Source of the DNA: Eledone cirrhosa | Taxonomy: Eukaryota | Assembly (NCBI GenBank): GCA_964016885.1 | Contig: OZ024740.1 | Span: forward strand, 415,276,001 to 415,340,000 | Direction of reading: 5' to 3' | DNA length: 64,000 nt | Shown: positions 12,854 through 25,610 of the stretch, one piece after another | Numbering within the stretch: the first letter of the stretch is position 1 | Layout of the letters: each line of letters starts with the position of its first letter | Notes under the pieces: model-generated | What the model was told of the DNA's origin: nothing | Databases searched by the model: none | What the model saw: only the letters and a program-made list of their open reading frames with translations | Program-made: the position numbers and the translations under genes

Positions 12854-12919
12854 TATTTTGTCTGAGGAAGGCATAGCATATTGTTAATATGATATCCCTG
12901 AAATATATATAATGAAATA
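12854..12919 (+). ncRNA. Minimal type I hammerhead ribozyme motif
   Basis: Stem I uauuuugu/augaaaua; CUGAGGA at 12862-12868; stem II AGG-c-AUA-g-CAUAUU(guu)AAUAUG-a-UAU-c-CCU; GAAA at 12900-12903; short stem III with palindromic loop AUAU; predicted cleavage after AUA at 12911. Confidence 0.75.
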
Positions 12920-12960
12920 AATATGGTTTTATAAATATAGTTTCCATTTATTTAATATTG

Positions 12961-12994
<34 letters not shown>

Positions 12995-13254
12995 TATGTA
13001 TATATATAATTATACACACACATACATATATAATCATATCAAAAACACCTAGATATGCTTACAAATTAGCCATAAAGTATATATAAAGGTTGTGATTAAC
13101 AGTTTAGATAAAATTATAAAAGAGATCAATTTATAAGGGACTAGGCAATGTCCAAGGTGACTAAATATATTAATACATAAAGCAGTTAATTTAAAATATA
13201 TATCATACAACAAAAATCAAACTTGCATCTCATAACAACAATATGGCACAATTA

Positions 13255-13520
13255 TTTCACCTCAATTGACCCCGCTCTCTTTAACATTACACCAAAGGAC
13301 ATTAAAACAGAAACAGACCTCATAAAGTTAAAAAAGTCTTTGGACAAATTCCTTCAAGAAACCCGGATAAACCTCCTACACCTGGATATGTCTCCATAAA
13401 CAATAACTCTCTATTTGAGTGGGCCATGGTGTCCAAATACTGATTTGAAAGACTTTGCCAGGTGGTGCTATTAAGTTAGACATGGCCTGGGCCAATACTG
13501 GCCGAAACCTATCAAAGTTA
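13255..13520 (+). mobile_element. CR1/L2-group LINE 3' fragment
   Basis: Translates to PALFNITPKDIK...KKSLDKFLQE, then DKPPTPGY after a frameshift; typical ORF2 C-terminus. Confidence 0.55.
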
Positions 13521-13869
13521 GTTACAGAAAAAAACATTTTCCCCAGTTTTTGTTTAACCAAATCTAGAACACAATAAAAAATATTCCCTAAACAAAGGCA
13601 TTAAGGAATGGAACTCATCATCATCATCGTTTAGTGTCCATTTTCCACACTAGCATGGGTTAGACGGGTTGTCCCATCAGAGGCAAGTTAGGTCAGGTGA
13701 CAATGTCTTGCTCATCAGAACTGTTTCTGGCTAGGTTTCTATATCATTGAAAATACACCCCGGCAAAATTTCATTAAAAAATATATATTATTAAAGAAGT
13801 TATGAGGGAACAGAGTTGGAAGGGTCAGTAAACTGTAGTTAGGCCACATTACAGACAATACTGGGGCCT

Positions 13870-14070
13870 GACTGACCATTTCCTCTTTGCATCAGTCTCC
13901 ATCAAGACCTCTGGCATCCTTGGTCCCTGCACTGCTGATTTCTTCCATAAAGTCGGAAAGACAGTGACCCGTATGAGGGGGGAGCCCCATGAGGTAGGGT
14001 GGCTGTTGCAGCAGGTGTCTCTGGCCATTCTAGGCAGTAACACTTTTACCCTTTTGTCTGTGGGGCATGG
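13870..14070 (+). mobile_element. CRE-clade non-LTR retrotransposon 3' fragment
   Basis: SVSIKTSGILGP...GWLLQQVSLAILGSN, homologous to the C-terminus encoded in 31347-32315. Confidence 0.55.
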
Positions 14071-14462
14071 CTGAGACACTGCTCAAATTAGGGAGTAGTG
14101 ACTGTCCCTCAACCTCTCCCTTGATCCTTTTTTTTTCTCCTTTTCATTTTCTTTTTTCTTCTTCCTTTTTTGATTTCCTTTAATAGTGTGTTTTGTTTTT
14201 ATTAGATACTGTTTAATTATTTGTATATAATGTCAATGGCCTTTCATGAAATTGTGAGATTTTGTATATTAAATAAATCAAACATTGAACTCCCCCAGCC
14301 CCAAGTGAAAGTGAATGAAACAGAAAGGAAATGAAAATAATCTGCTCCTTCACAACAGACTGTAGTCATTTGCTGCCCACCAATAAATTAGTTCAACTCC
14401 ACAAAACAATAGGATATGAGTCCCAGAAAAGAAAGAATCTTGCCTAAGGCTGCTATGTTAAG

Positions 14463-15169
14463 ACCTACATTAAATTCTTCTTAGATTTTCTAATATATTC
14501 TGTATTGTGTATGAATATTAATAAATCATAACAATGACAAATAGCCATTACACCAATCAGACTGCCCATTTCAGTCAAGTCCTAGTTTGTGTTTAATAGA
14601 AATAGCGTTTGACTATAGATCTCTTTGTTTTGTTTTACTGTCATTTTTTTTTCCTGTTCACTTTAATTCTATTGTCTGTTATTTTATATAGTTAACGTGA
14701 TATGGTATAATGACAATTCAATGACCCCTCTCCATCCCAAATCCCGCCAAAGTTAATTTTGCCTTTCATCCATTTGAGGTCAATAAAAAAAAAAAGTAGC
14801 AGTCTAATACTAGGGTTGATTCTTCCTCTATATATATCTCTCTCTCTATCCTACTCTGAAAGAAATCTACTGTATTCAGACTTGGAGAGGATTGGGCTCC
14901 GCCAGGTTTAAAAACTGGAAGTGAAGTAGTGTTGCTGTTTTCTCTGTACCTAAATAAGGAATTAGCTATTTAACTGTGAACAAGTACCTTTATCCTTCTG
15001 GCCATAAAGAGATCTATAGTCAAATGCTATTTATATTAAACACAAACTAGGACTTTACTAAAATGGAAGGTCTGATTTGTGCAATGGGCATTTGTCATTG
15101 GTATGATTTATTAATATTTATGTATAGTACAGAATATATTAGAAAATCTAAGAGGAATTTAATGTAGGT
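14463..15169. repeat. Fold-back element with about 165-bp diverged inverted arms
   Basis: 14463-14626 versus 15007-15169 (acctacattaaattc...gactatagatctcttt / aaagagatctatagtc...gaatttaatgtaggt); SINE fragment in the spacer. Confidence 0.8.
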
Positions 15170-15459
15170 ATAACTAAAAAAGGAAGGGTATCCAGTTGTA
15201 GAAAACCTGCTAAATAAAGGGTTGGGAAGACTCTTTAGCTGTATAAAAAACATTAACCTTCCTAGTGTTGGTGATCTACATGATAAACGTACACAGTATA
15301 CTTTATAAAGTGGTTGGTGATAGGAAGGGCATCAAGCTGTAGAAAACCTGCTAAATAAAGGGTTGGGAGGACTGTTTAGCTGTGTAAAAAACATGTCAAC
15401 CTCCCTAGTGCTAGTGACGTTTCTCCCAGGGATGCTGCAGTTAGGACAAGTGCCACAGC

Positions 15460-15675
15460 TGTGATCTGTTGGCCAACTACATTTTTCAGCCTGTGGCTTT
15501 CAAAACATTTGGGGGAGTCAGGCCGCTGACTGCGAAGTTGCTCTCTTCACTACCGGCTCGCCTAATAGAGGTAACTGGCAAATCTCGCAAGGGCGCTTGG
15601 TTGTTCCAGCGCATTAGCCTCGCCATCACCCGAGGCAACGCTGCGAGTGTGCTGGCTTGCCTCAAAAATCATTAG
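15460..15675 (+). mobile_element. CRE-clade 3' fragment
   Basis: YIFQPVAFKTFGG...AWLFQRISLAITRGNAASVL matches the restriction-like endonuclease C-terminal pattern. Confidence 0.65.
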
Positions 15676-16214
15676 AGAGGTTGCCCGGTACTCCTCGCGA
15701 CGCTGCTGTCTTTTGCTCTGGTGTTGGCTCGGTTGTTCACCCCTTCCTTTACATTTTCTTTAATATTGCAACATTAAAGGAATATATCTTTCTGTATCAG
15801 CAATAGAAACATGGTTTCCTTGGTCTGATCTGACAATAAGCTCCTCATATTTTTTCTTACCCTAAGTCTTATGACAGTCAACTGTAGGTAAGTCAAATAA
15901 GAAAAAAATATTACTATTCACTGAACAAATAAAATGTTAGATTTGCTTATATTATTTCCTGTTTTTATTTTTGTTTTATATTTTTACTGTTTTAATTTCT
16001 CTTATCAACTATTCAGGGATTTAGATTCCAAAGGGGAGAAAACAATACAAATAATTATGGATGATATTTTGGTAAATAAAAATTATCAGCTGAATTGATT
16101 ATTTTAAAGATTTTACCTATAAAAACTGAAACACAGAAGAAAAAAAAAGCAGGGCTGGTTGAAGCAGCATTATGCTTAAAGTATACTGAAATGGAATGAA
16201 GGTGAACTGGAGGG

Positions 16215-16625
16215 AAAGAGTGGGATTCCATTGAGTGGGGTAACAGTAATGAGTGGGATAACATTAATGAGTGGGATAACATTAATAAGTGGGATAACAG
16301 TAATGAGGGAATGAGTGGGATAGTAATGAGTGGGATAACAGTAATGAATGGGTAACAGTAATGAGGGAATGAGTGGGATAGTAATGAGTGGGATAACAGT
16401 AATGAATGGGTAACAGTAATGAGGGAATGAGTGAAATAACAGTAATGATTGGAATAACTATAATGAGTGGGATAACAGTAATGAGTCAGATAACAGTAAT
16501 GAGTGGGATGACAATAATGAGGGAATGAGTGGGGTAACTGTAATGATTGGGTGAACTGGAGGAAATGAGTTGGATAACAGTTATGAGTGGGATAACATGA
16601 ATGAGTGGGATAACAGTTATGAGGG
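16215..16625. repeat. About 18-bp minisatellite (gagtgggataacagtaat)
   Basis: About 20 degenerate tandem copies. Confidence 0.85.
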
Positions 16626-17989
16626 TAAAGTGGAAATGTCAAATAACATGGTTGAACAAAAGCAAAATTATTGTTGAAGACTAATGAATGGTTTATAGGA
16701 ACATTAAATAGAAACTGTCTCCTATATCACCCTGATCTATATCAGAGTTATACTGAGAGTTATGATAAATTAAATATATCATAAAGAACCTCTTTATTAT
16801 TTCAGTTTATGGATTTGTGACCGATAGATAGTATTAACAATTGGAAAGACCAATGGAAACATTGTTCCCTCGGTCCGATTTGACAAGCTCCACCCCACTC
16901 GTTAAGTGAATGAGGTTTGGGATGAGGATTGGCAGCAAATTTGTGAAGAATTCACCCTGGAGTAAATCACCCATCACCACCACTATTATGCAAGCATGGT
17001 GACCATCAAGAAAGCAAAGATACCTTCATGAATGCACTGCCTGCAAGCTCTCTCTTCCTCAAGTGTAGTTAGGTTTTCCAGTCATTTGCTAAAAGGTTCT
17101 CAACAAACTTCACAGAATACTTGTCTCTATTTAACCAATACGACTATCTAAACAATTCCCTTGAACTAATATGGCTATCTAAGCAGCCCCCATAAACCAA
17201 TATGGATATGTAAGCCACTTTCCTGCTTATAAAGTCACTAAATTTCCTATAATGTTTGCTTTAAATTCTGCTCTGCACAAATACAATAAAAAAAATAATT
17301 ATTCCATACTCATAAGGCTCAAGCCCTGAGGCCTCACCATCACTATCACCAACTCTAAATACTTCTCCAGTCACTTCAGATCATTCCCTTTATCAACCTC
17401 AAACAATATCCTCCTAAGTTAGGACCTATCCCTACAAATCCTTTTGATTTCTTTCTCTCTTAGTATATATCTACCCTAATATATAGACAGAAACCTATGA
17501 CAGTGTGTCTCACTTCCTGAAATGGCAAACCCTTTAATCCCGCCAGCTTCATTTCTCCAGTATCTCAAATGTAATCAAGACTTGTACATGAACACCTTTA
17601 TCATTTTAAATCTCGTTCACTTCTTAGTGACCATCATTACAATAACCATAACTACTAAATATCTTAGCTAATACATCAGTGGTCTCACACCTTTAACAAT
17701 GATGTTGAATGTTGAACTATGCCTGGCATGAGACCTAATATAATTCCTATGAGATCTACCTATCTCTTGGATTGGATTGGATGTTCTCTGTCAGATGTTT
17801 CATCTCAATCTATCAACTTTAGTGAGCCACAGAACTTAGTTATATCTCCCACTTTCTTCTATACTAATGACTTACATGCCATTATTTCTATCTCAACATA
17901 TTCTAATCCAGATGATACCACCCCGATGATCTTTCATACAGACATCAGCTACACAGCCGAAACACCTCACATCAAACATGCATTATTTC

Positions 17990-18178
17990 TAGGATTGGCG
18001 GTTTCGGTAGAAGGTTAGACACCATGCTTTGCAGCATAGAGTTACAGCCCTTTACGGTCTGAGTTCACATCCTGCCGAGGTTAACTTTGCCTTTCATCCT
18101 TACGGGGGTCGATAAAATAAAGCACCGGTAAAGTACTGGGATAATTGCTGGCCTTGTACCAAAAGTAGAAACACTTAT
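17990..18178 (+). mobile_element. SINE family A copy
   Basis: Head, core and tail as in 3135-3323. Confidence 0.8.
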
Positions 18179-18604
18179 TTCTAAGAACATAACTCATGAA
18201 ATCATCCTCCAAAGAGGACATGATAATGTGATCTTTTTCAGCACTATACCTTCACTAGAAATAGCAGCTAAATCTCTCTCATATTACATTTAGTGATTAT
18301 GAAATGAAGAAATGCTGGATGATGTGGTCCTGAATTCTCTGTACATAGAAAAAAGATGGATGGTGATAACTGGATTACCTCTGATCATAGATATGCTCGA
18401 TGGGCTAAACAACAACAACTTCTACATTTCATAATCCCTGCTGTGTCTTATATCCCAAATTTCCACACAGGATTCTGCCTAAACCATTATTCTTAATATT
18501 GCAGTCTACTAAAAGTCTATAATTGCCCAAGATTTCTATACATTGTTCATATCAACCTCAACAGTCTGTAAATGTCATAGGAAGCGTCCCTCTTTCATGA
18601 AGTA

Positions 18605-19065
18605 TCATCATCGCTTTTATGTCTGCTCTTCCACACTTGCATAGGTTGGACGGATCCTTCTCAGCACAGCATTTCTCCATACAATGCGATGTTTTGTCAT
18701 TGCCTCTGTGAGTCTCAGTGATTTGAGGTCAACTCTTACAACCTCTGCCCAGATCTTTCTTGGTCTAAATCTACTGCGACTTCCTTCCACTGGCATTTCT
18801 TCATGCATCGGTCATTGTCCATGCGCATCACATGTCCATACCAATGTAGTTTTCTCTCCTGCACACTACCTCAGATTTCTCATAAACCTAGCTTCCCTTT
18901 CAACTTGTCCAAGCTTTGCCTCTCTCTCACACTTACATTGTACATCCAACAGAGCACTGTTGCTTCATTTCTCTCCAGTCTACACACATCCGCTGCAGTC
19001 ACAGCCCATATTTCACTACCATGCAGCATTGCACTTCGCACACAGGTGTCATACAGTAACTTGTG
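18605..19065 (-). mobile_element. RTE LINE 3' fragment
   Basis: LHWYGHVMRMD and RFRPRKIWAEVVRVDL motifs; short (GAT)n tail. Confidence 0.75.
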
Positions 19066-20018
19066 AAAAAGAAATTAGTGGTGCTCAAGATAAATTCTTC
19101 TACAAAATATCAGTACACTAACCAAATACCAACATACCAAATTCCCTTTATAAGACAACTATACTAGTATACAAAATTACTTCACAGTACAAGTATATCT
19201 ACATACTAATTCCCTTCACAATTCATATATAACAATATGCCAAATTTTTCTGACTAGATATAAAGATCTTATTCCTGATATGGGAAATGCAATGTTTTCC
19301 CTATAAGTTGTAGTAAAATCTCTGAACTAACAAAACGCCAATCAATTTTATAGTATTGCCATAGATCTTTTGTTAGTTTCAACACTAGCCTAGTAAAGTT
19401 CAGAGGTTAATGAAACACCAAACAGACTTCTAAACTGTTGAAATTTAATAAAATGAAGTGGAATGTTTCAAATGTGTGATATATAGTTATGGCACAGTTT
19501 TGTTCTAATTCAACAGAAACCATAGGATTTTATATGATTGTGATAACACGTCTCTACTTCACTGTGGTAATACACCCATATAAAGATGAGAGGTCATAGA
19601 TTTATACAAGGGAGACAGTAAGAACTAGTCATAACCATATCTTTCTTCAACAACAGGAGCGATGTAAATGAAATGGTCTCAACTATGAAAAGAAACTGGT
19701 TTGAGCATTGATAATCTAAGACCATATCCTAATATAGGATATGAAAAGTGATATACTGTATGTCTTTTCTAATTAACCCTTTAGCTTTAACATTACACTA
19801 TATTTACTATTGTATTTTCATGGTAAAGGCTTTACCTTACATAATCCGGAATCTATGAGATTTTGATGACATTCTAGCTGGATACATCCAGTTTAAATTA
19901 GGGAAGATACAGTACAGTTTTCCTATTACATAAGTCTTGTTTTGTTGCAGCATAACAAAGAAGGTTGTTAGTTTAATAAGAAAAGCAAAAATATTCAGGA
20001 GACAAGAAAATCACTTAC

Positions 20019-20069
20019 AACTGGTTTCCAACCAATTACAGTATCTCGGCGAACAAATGCCAAAGAAAT
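20019..20069 (-). CDS. TMEM104: Candidate TMEM104 cassette exon, ISLAFVRRDTVIGWKPV
   Basis: T-tract plus gaag acceptor and strong gtaagt donor; 51 nt, stop-free, phase 0/0 between exons 3 and 4; no homology support. Confidence 0.45.
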
Positions 20070-21047
20070 CTTCAAAAAAATTTAAATGGTTGGCTATTTA
20101 ATCATACATTCTTAGTTTCAACTACAAACCTTTAAGTGATCAAAATATTTAAAAAATGAACAAGAAAAGGTAATTAAAATGAGAAAAGAAAAAGCTAGAC
20201 AAAGAACTGAAATGAAATTATAATGTTCACTATTGCTAATAATTTTATTGAAGTTATACAAATATACTCAATAAATATAAGTTTTTGTGAAACATATTTT
20301 GTTTGCTAAAAATCAACTCTAGCTCCTGATTATCTCTTGGAAATAATAAAAATCCTATATTCATGAACACATAAGTATCCTGAGATAAAACAGAAACCTG
20401 TTCTTGATTCAATAAAAAATATTGGTATAAAATGAATAAGACCTGAAATTTGAATTTGCTCAATGAAATGTTTTTCTAAAAAATAGTTTTAGTTAATTTT
20501 TTAACACAATACATACAAAAATATCTACTCTACATGCAAGCAAGAAAGAATGCTCTACATGCATGCACATGCATATAGACATGAGAAAAAGTTAGAAAGC
20601 CAGCAGAGAAATAGCTTGGTTGTATAAATTAATAAGGAAGCTAAGCAAATAGCTGGCCATTAATGTTATTGGTTAATGTATGTAGGAGAGGTTCCAACAT
20701 GTTTAATGACATGAAATGTAAATGGTTGACACATGAAGAAAGAAGCAGTGTTGTATGATAACAAAGAAAGGTATCCATGGCAGAGAAAGACCAAGGAAGA
20801 CATGGGAAGATGTGATGAATTTATATCTCAAGATGAAACCAAACAGGATCAAGTGTTGTGATATCCTCCACCCCACCTCACCCACCCCCCACAAACAACA
20901 ACAACAACAACAAAAACAACCAAAAGTACAATGTTATATTTTTCCAGTTTTCAAGACATGATAAAAATAACATTAGGTTTTAAATGTTATCATCACCATC
21001 ATCATCGTTGTCAGCGTCGCCATCCTTCTCATCATCATCATCATCAT

Positions 21048-21110
<63 letters not shown>

Positions 21111-21789
21111 AATTAAACGGAGAACATCTAAATTATCAATATGTAGAATGAAATTATTTTTTTATTTTTCAGCTAAGTAATATATAAAAAAAATAATAAT
21201 AATTTTCTGACATTTGATTAAAATGTCAATAATTTTGTAACAGCTGTCGTCTCTTATAATTGTTTGGATGCAGGAATATAGTTCAAAACATCCTTACACC
21301 TTGTCTAAAGTCTGTGTCGAGCCAGAAGTGTCATTACGACAGAGCTTATCCTGGTTTCTCTGGCATTAAGCGACTGAGAGTACAAGACTCCCCATCCTGG
21401 ATAGGACACCAGTCCATCGCAGGGTTAAAACCTCCCCAGCTATTGCTGATACTCATTTTCAGCTGTGTATATAGAGTATATTCCTTCAAATCACTCACTA
21501 CCATCTTGAGAAAGGAAATACACATCAGGTAATGTAGTCTTAGATGCACTATGCCTGTAAGAAAGATGATGATAGGTCTGCTATCTGCTCCTGTGGAGAT
21601 AACCTGGGATGAAATAATAACAGAAACACTAAATAAATGAGAAACTAATAAGAGAGGTATTTTAATATAATTAAAATACATTACTCAATTTACTACCATT
21701 TCTCAAAAGTCTGTCTTGAGACTGGAGGCTCACCAGGTCTGTGCTTATCCTAGTTACCATAGTGTGAAGTGACTGAGGGGTGCATGACT

Positions 21790-21980
21790 CCCCCCTGGAC
21801 AGGATGCCCGTCCATCACAGGGTTAAACCCTCCCCCACCCCAGCTATTGCTGCTGGTATTCATCTTAAGCTGAGTGTATTGGATCAACGTGAAATAAAGT
21901 GTTTTGCTCAAGAACACAACATACAACCCAGTCCAGGAATTGAACCCACAATATTATGATTGTACATCCAACACACTTAC
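21790..21980 (-). mobile_element. tRNA-derived SINE, family B (CORE-like)
   Basis: Reverse complement shows gtggcctagtggtaag (A box), ggttcaattcc (B box) and tcttgagcaaaacacttt; related copy at about 63100-63240. Confidence 0.65.
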
Positions 21981-22202
21981 CACTAGGCCACGCACATCTA
22001 CCTTAGAGCTTGTACAAGCTGTAGATTATGTTGTTTTCTTCCCACAAGAACATAGTATTTGAAGCATCAAAAAGCATTAACTATAGTTTGTTGTAAAAGT
22101 TAATGGCACATAGAAAGCAGGTAGATATGAAGCAAAAACAAACAAATTAAAGATAAAGAAAAGAAGAAAGCCAGCAAGAATGTTTTAAAAATATATTCAT
22201 AC

Positions 22203-22278
22203 CTTATTTTTATGAATCATCTTTAATTTAAAATTAGCGACAGCCATGGCCTCTGTGACAAATGTTACTGTGAGATAA
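22203..22278 (-). CDS. TMEM104: TMEM104 coding exon 3, (S)YLTVTFVTEAMAVANFKLKMIHKNK
   Basis: tttacaccag acceptor and AAG|gtatga donor; 76 nt, phase 2 to phase 0; resembles SFMTTTFVIEAMAAANA of vertebrate TMEM104 as recalled. Confidence 0.9.
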
Positions 22279-23455
22279 CTGGTGTAAATATAGAAACAGA
22301 TGTAACTGTGAGATAACTGGTGTATATATATATACAGATGTTACTGTGAGATAACTGGTGTATATATATATACAGATGTTACTGTGAGATAACTGGTGTA
22401 TATATACAGATGTTACTGTGAGATAACTGGTGTATATATATATAGATGTTACTGTGAGATAACTGGTGTATATATATATAGATGTAACTGTGAGATAACT
22501 GGTGTATATATATATAAACATATGTAACTGTGAGATAACTGGTGTATATATAGAGATGTAACTGTGAGAAAACTGGTGTATATGCAGATGTAACTGTGAG
22601 ATAACTGGTGTATATATACAGATGTAACTGAGATAACTGGTGTAAATATACAGATGTAACTGAGATAACTGGTGTATATGTACAGATGTTACTGTGAGAT
22701 AACTGGTGTAAATATACAGATGTTACTGTGAGATAATTGGTGTAAATATATAGAAACAGATGTAACTGTGAGATAACTGGTGTATATATATATATATATA
22801 CAGATGTAACTGTGAGATAACTGGTGTATATACAGATGTAACTGTGAGATAACTGGTGTATATACAGATGTAACTGAGATAACTGGTGTATATATATATA
22901 TATAGAAACAGATGTAACTGTGTGATAACTGGTGTACATATGCAGATGTTACTATGTGATAACTGGTGTATATATAGAAACAGATATAACTGTGAGATAA
23001 CTGGTGTAAATATAGAAACAGATGTAACTGTGAGATAACTGGTGTATATACAGATGTAACTGAGAGATAACTGGTGTAAATATAGAAACAGATGTAACTG
23101 AGATAACTGGTGTATATACACAGATGTAACTGAGATAACTGGTGTATATATAGAAACAGATGTAACTGTGTGATAACTGGTGTACACATACAGATGTTAC
23201 TATGTGATAACTGGTATATATATAGAAACAGATATAACTGTGAGATAACTGGTGTAAATATAGAAACAGATGTAACTGTGAGATAACTGATGTAAATATA
23301 GAAACAGATGTAACTGTGAGATAACTGGTGTAAATATAGAAACAGATGTAACTGTGAGATAACTGGTGTAAATATAGAAACAGATGTAACTGTGAGATAA
23401 CTGGTGTAAATATACAGATGTAACTGTGAGATAACTGATGTAACTGTGAGATAAC
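22261..23455. repeat. 34-42-bp minisatellite derived from the exon-3 splice acceptor junction
   Basis: Minus-strand unit tctgtttctatatttacaccag|TTATCTCACAGTTACA with a variable (TA) tract, about 30 copies; the last copy is the real junction. Confidence 0.9.
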
Positions 23456-23655
23456 ATGTGTGGATATAGAAACAAATGAAGAGTTAAGTGAAAATATATA
23501 TATACAAAAGGACAACAATATTCATCATATTAGAGAGAGAGAGGGGGGGGGGGGAGATGGGTACAGAAATTATTAGAGAAATAGATAAATATAAAGAGAG
23601 GGAGAGAGAGAGAATGAGAGAATGAGGAAAAGGGGGATAGATAGATAGCTAGATA

Positions 23656-24310
23656 TGTTTCTTTATTAGCCACAGGGGCACAAAAGAAGGGGACAAATAC
23701 AAAGGGGGAAGTTTACATACAATAAAAACGTGTAAAATATTATCACAAATGCAATTTAAAAATTTAGTCGATTTTCCCCAATAGGGGGAGACAGTTCATA
23801 TGGGTAACACATACCCCCGAAAAAATGTGCAACCCTCATCTCCAGGAGTACGAAGAGTTTGTACCCCTTTCCTTTCTTCCTCTTTTTCCTCAACCTACAG
23901 GCTGATATAGAGAGAAGGCCCATTCACTCGGGCCATTCTCGCCACTTTCACCCACCTTTCATAAAACTTGCTGGGGTACAGTACCTCTCTCTCCATCCTG
24001 ATTCTTCTTCCAAAGTGGTATTTGAAAAAAAGAATCAGTTGTTGGCCGGAGAGAAAGGTGTCTGACCTCAGCCCTTTCAACCTTGTCCACCATACAACCT
24101 CTTTCACCATAGCTATCACACAAAGGAAAACCGCCTCTCCTTCGTTTTTGAAGGAGGGTGGCGGTTTGATCATGACAATGGACTCGGTGGTCAACCGGAT
24201 TGGTCCCACCCACGACAATAGTCGTTCTACATAGCCCCACAGGTCAGTGATGCCCGGGCAGTGTATGAATGTGTGCGCGACGGTTTCTTCATCTCGCACG
24301 CACCTCGGAC
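23656..24310 (-). mobile_element. Tx1/L1-clade LINE 3' fragment
   Basis: CPRC..DEETVAHTFIHC...LW zinc-binding motif; AATAAA at the 3' end; flanked by a duplicated agatagatagctagata inside (GATA)n. Confidence 0.75.
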
Positions 24311-24339
24311 AGATAGATAGCTAGATAGATAGATAGATA

Positions 24340-24445
<106 letters not shown>

Positions 24446-25449
24446 GATAGAGAGAGAGATGATGGGATGGGGGACTATTTAATTAAGTTATTACATAATA
24501 CAATATGTTCCAAAATAAATAACACTTTTACTTTAGTCACTTTAAATAACACTTCACCTTTGACTCTCTAGATATACTGTATAGATTTTTTTATAAACTT
24601 ATAAAAAACATCTTTACAAACAACAGTCACTCATAAAACTAGTGTAGATTGTTGGACATGATAGTGTGAAATACTGTCTGTATCTGGTTTAGAATAGGTA
24701 CATTGTCGGTACATAGAAGGGCATCTGCTTCCCAAAAAACATTACCCCTCAGAATAGACCCCACGATATGGAACCTGTCCCGCGATATGGCCCACAAGTC
24801 CCCCAAGACCCCTTGATAGGTTCCATATGTTTTAACAGAGAAAATAGCCTTAAACCATCTGTTGTGTAATATTAAATAAATGTTAAATAAATGGGTAGGC
24901 AGGATGTAAGTATTTTAAGTACAAATCCTTGCCAAAGTTAGCTTTGCCTTTCATACTTATGGGGTCGATAAAATAAAGTACCAGTAATGCACTGGGGTTG
25001 ATTTAATCAACTTTTCCCTTCCCTTCAAATTACTGGCCTTGTGCCAAATGTAGAAACTAGTATTTTAAAGGTAATATTCCCAGGAAGACGAGCCAGACAT
25101 GGCTTTCCAGCCATGAGCCCAGTCTATATAAAGTATGCTTAGAACTAAATTATCTTATGTATTATTTCTTTATTTAAGATGGTTGTTGGGTGATTTGAAG
25201 AGTATTTGGCTGTTATTTCTAGCTTGTCAATTGACCACTTAGAGGCTTTCTTGCTGACTCATCATAAGTACTGTTAAAATGTATGCAAAACATTATAATG
25301 TATGTTACTGTGTTTGAAGACACAATACTTGATTCAGTAGAAGGTACCAGATCTTCTGGAAATGTTACTTGCAGTACAGAAAAGAGATTTATTTTTCATT
25401 CACTTTTTTTTCTTTTTAATACTTTGATTAAGATCAGGGTTTCCCAACC

Positions 25450-25610
25450 TGGGTGATATTACCTGCCTATGGGTGATATTACTCACCTGTGGATGATATT
25501 ACCTGCCTATGGGTGATATTACCCGCCTGTGGGTGATACTACCTGCCTATGTTTAATATTACCCACCTGTGGGTGACATTACCCACCTGTAGGTAATATC
25601 ACCTGTTGGG
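25450..25610. repeat. 20-bp minisatellite (ctgtgggtgatattacccgc)
   Basis: About 8 degenerate copies. Confidence 0.75.

Larger units (their letters stand above)
9609..12961 (+). mobile_element. Penelope-like element 1, 5'-truncated main copy, probably Naiad clade
   Basis: RT plus C-terminal GIY-YIG ORF, long AT-rich 3' region with a hammerhead motif, ending at (TA)n. Confidence 0.9.

Noticed and set aside
6511-12961. Palindrome as a pure sequencing or assembly fold-back artefact
   Set aside because: The arms differ by substitutions, a 12-bp indel and unequal ends, and a second family shows the same layout. Considered unlikely, but not excluded without reads.
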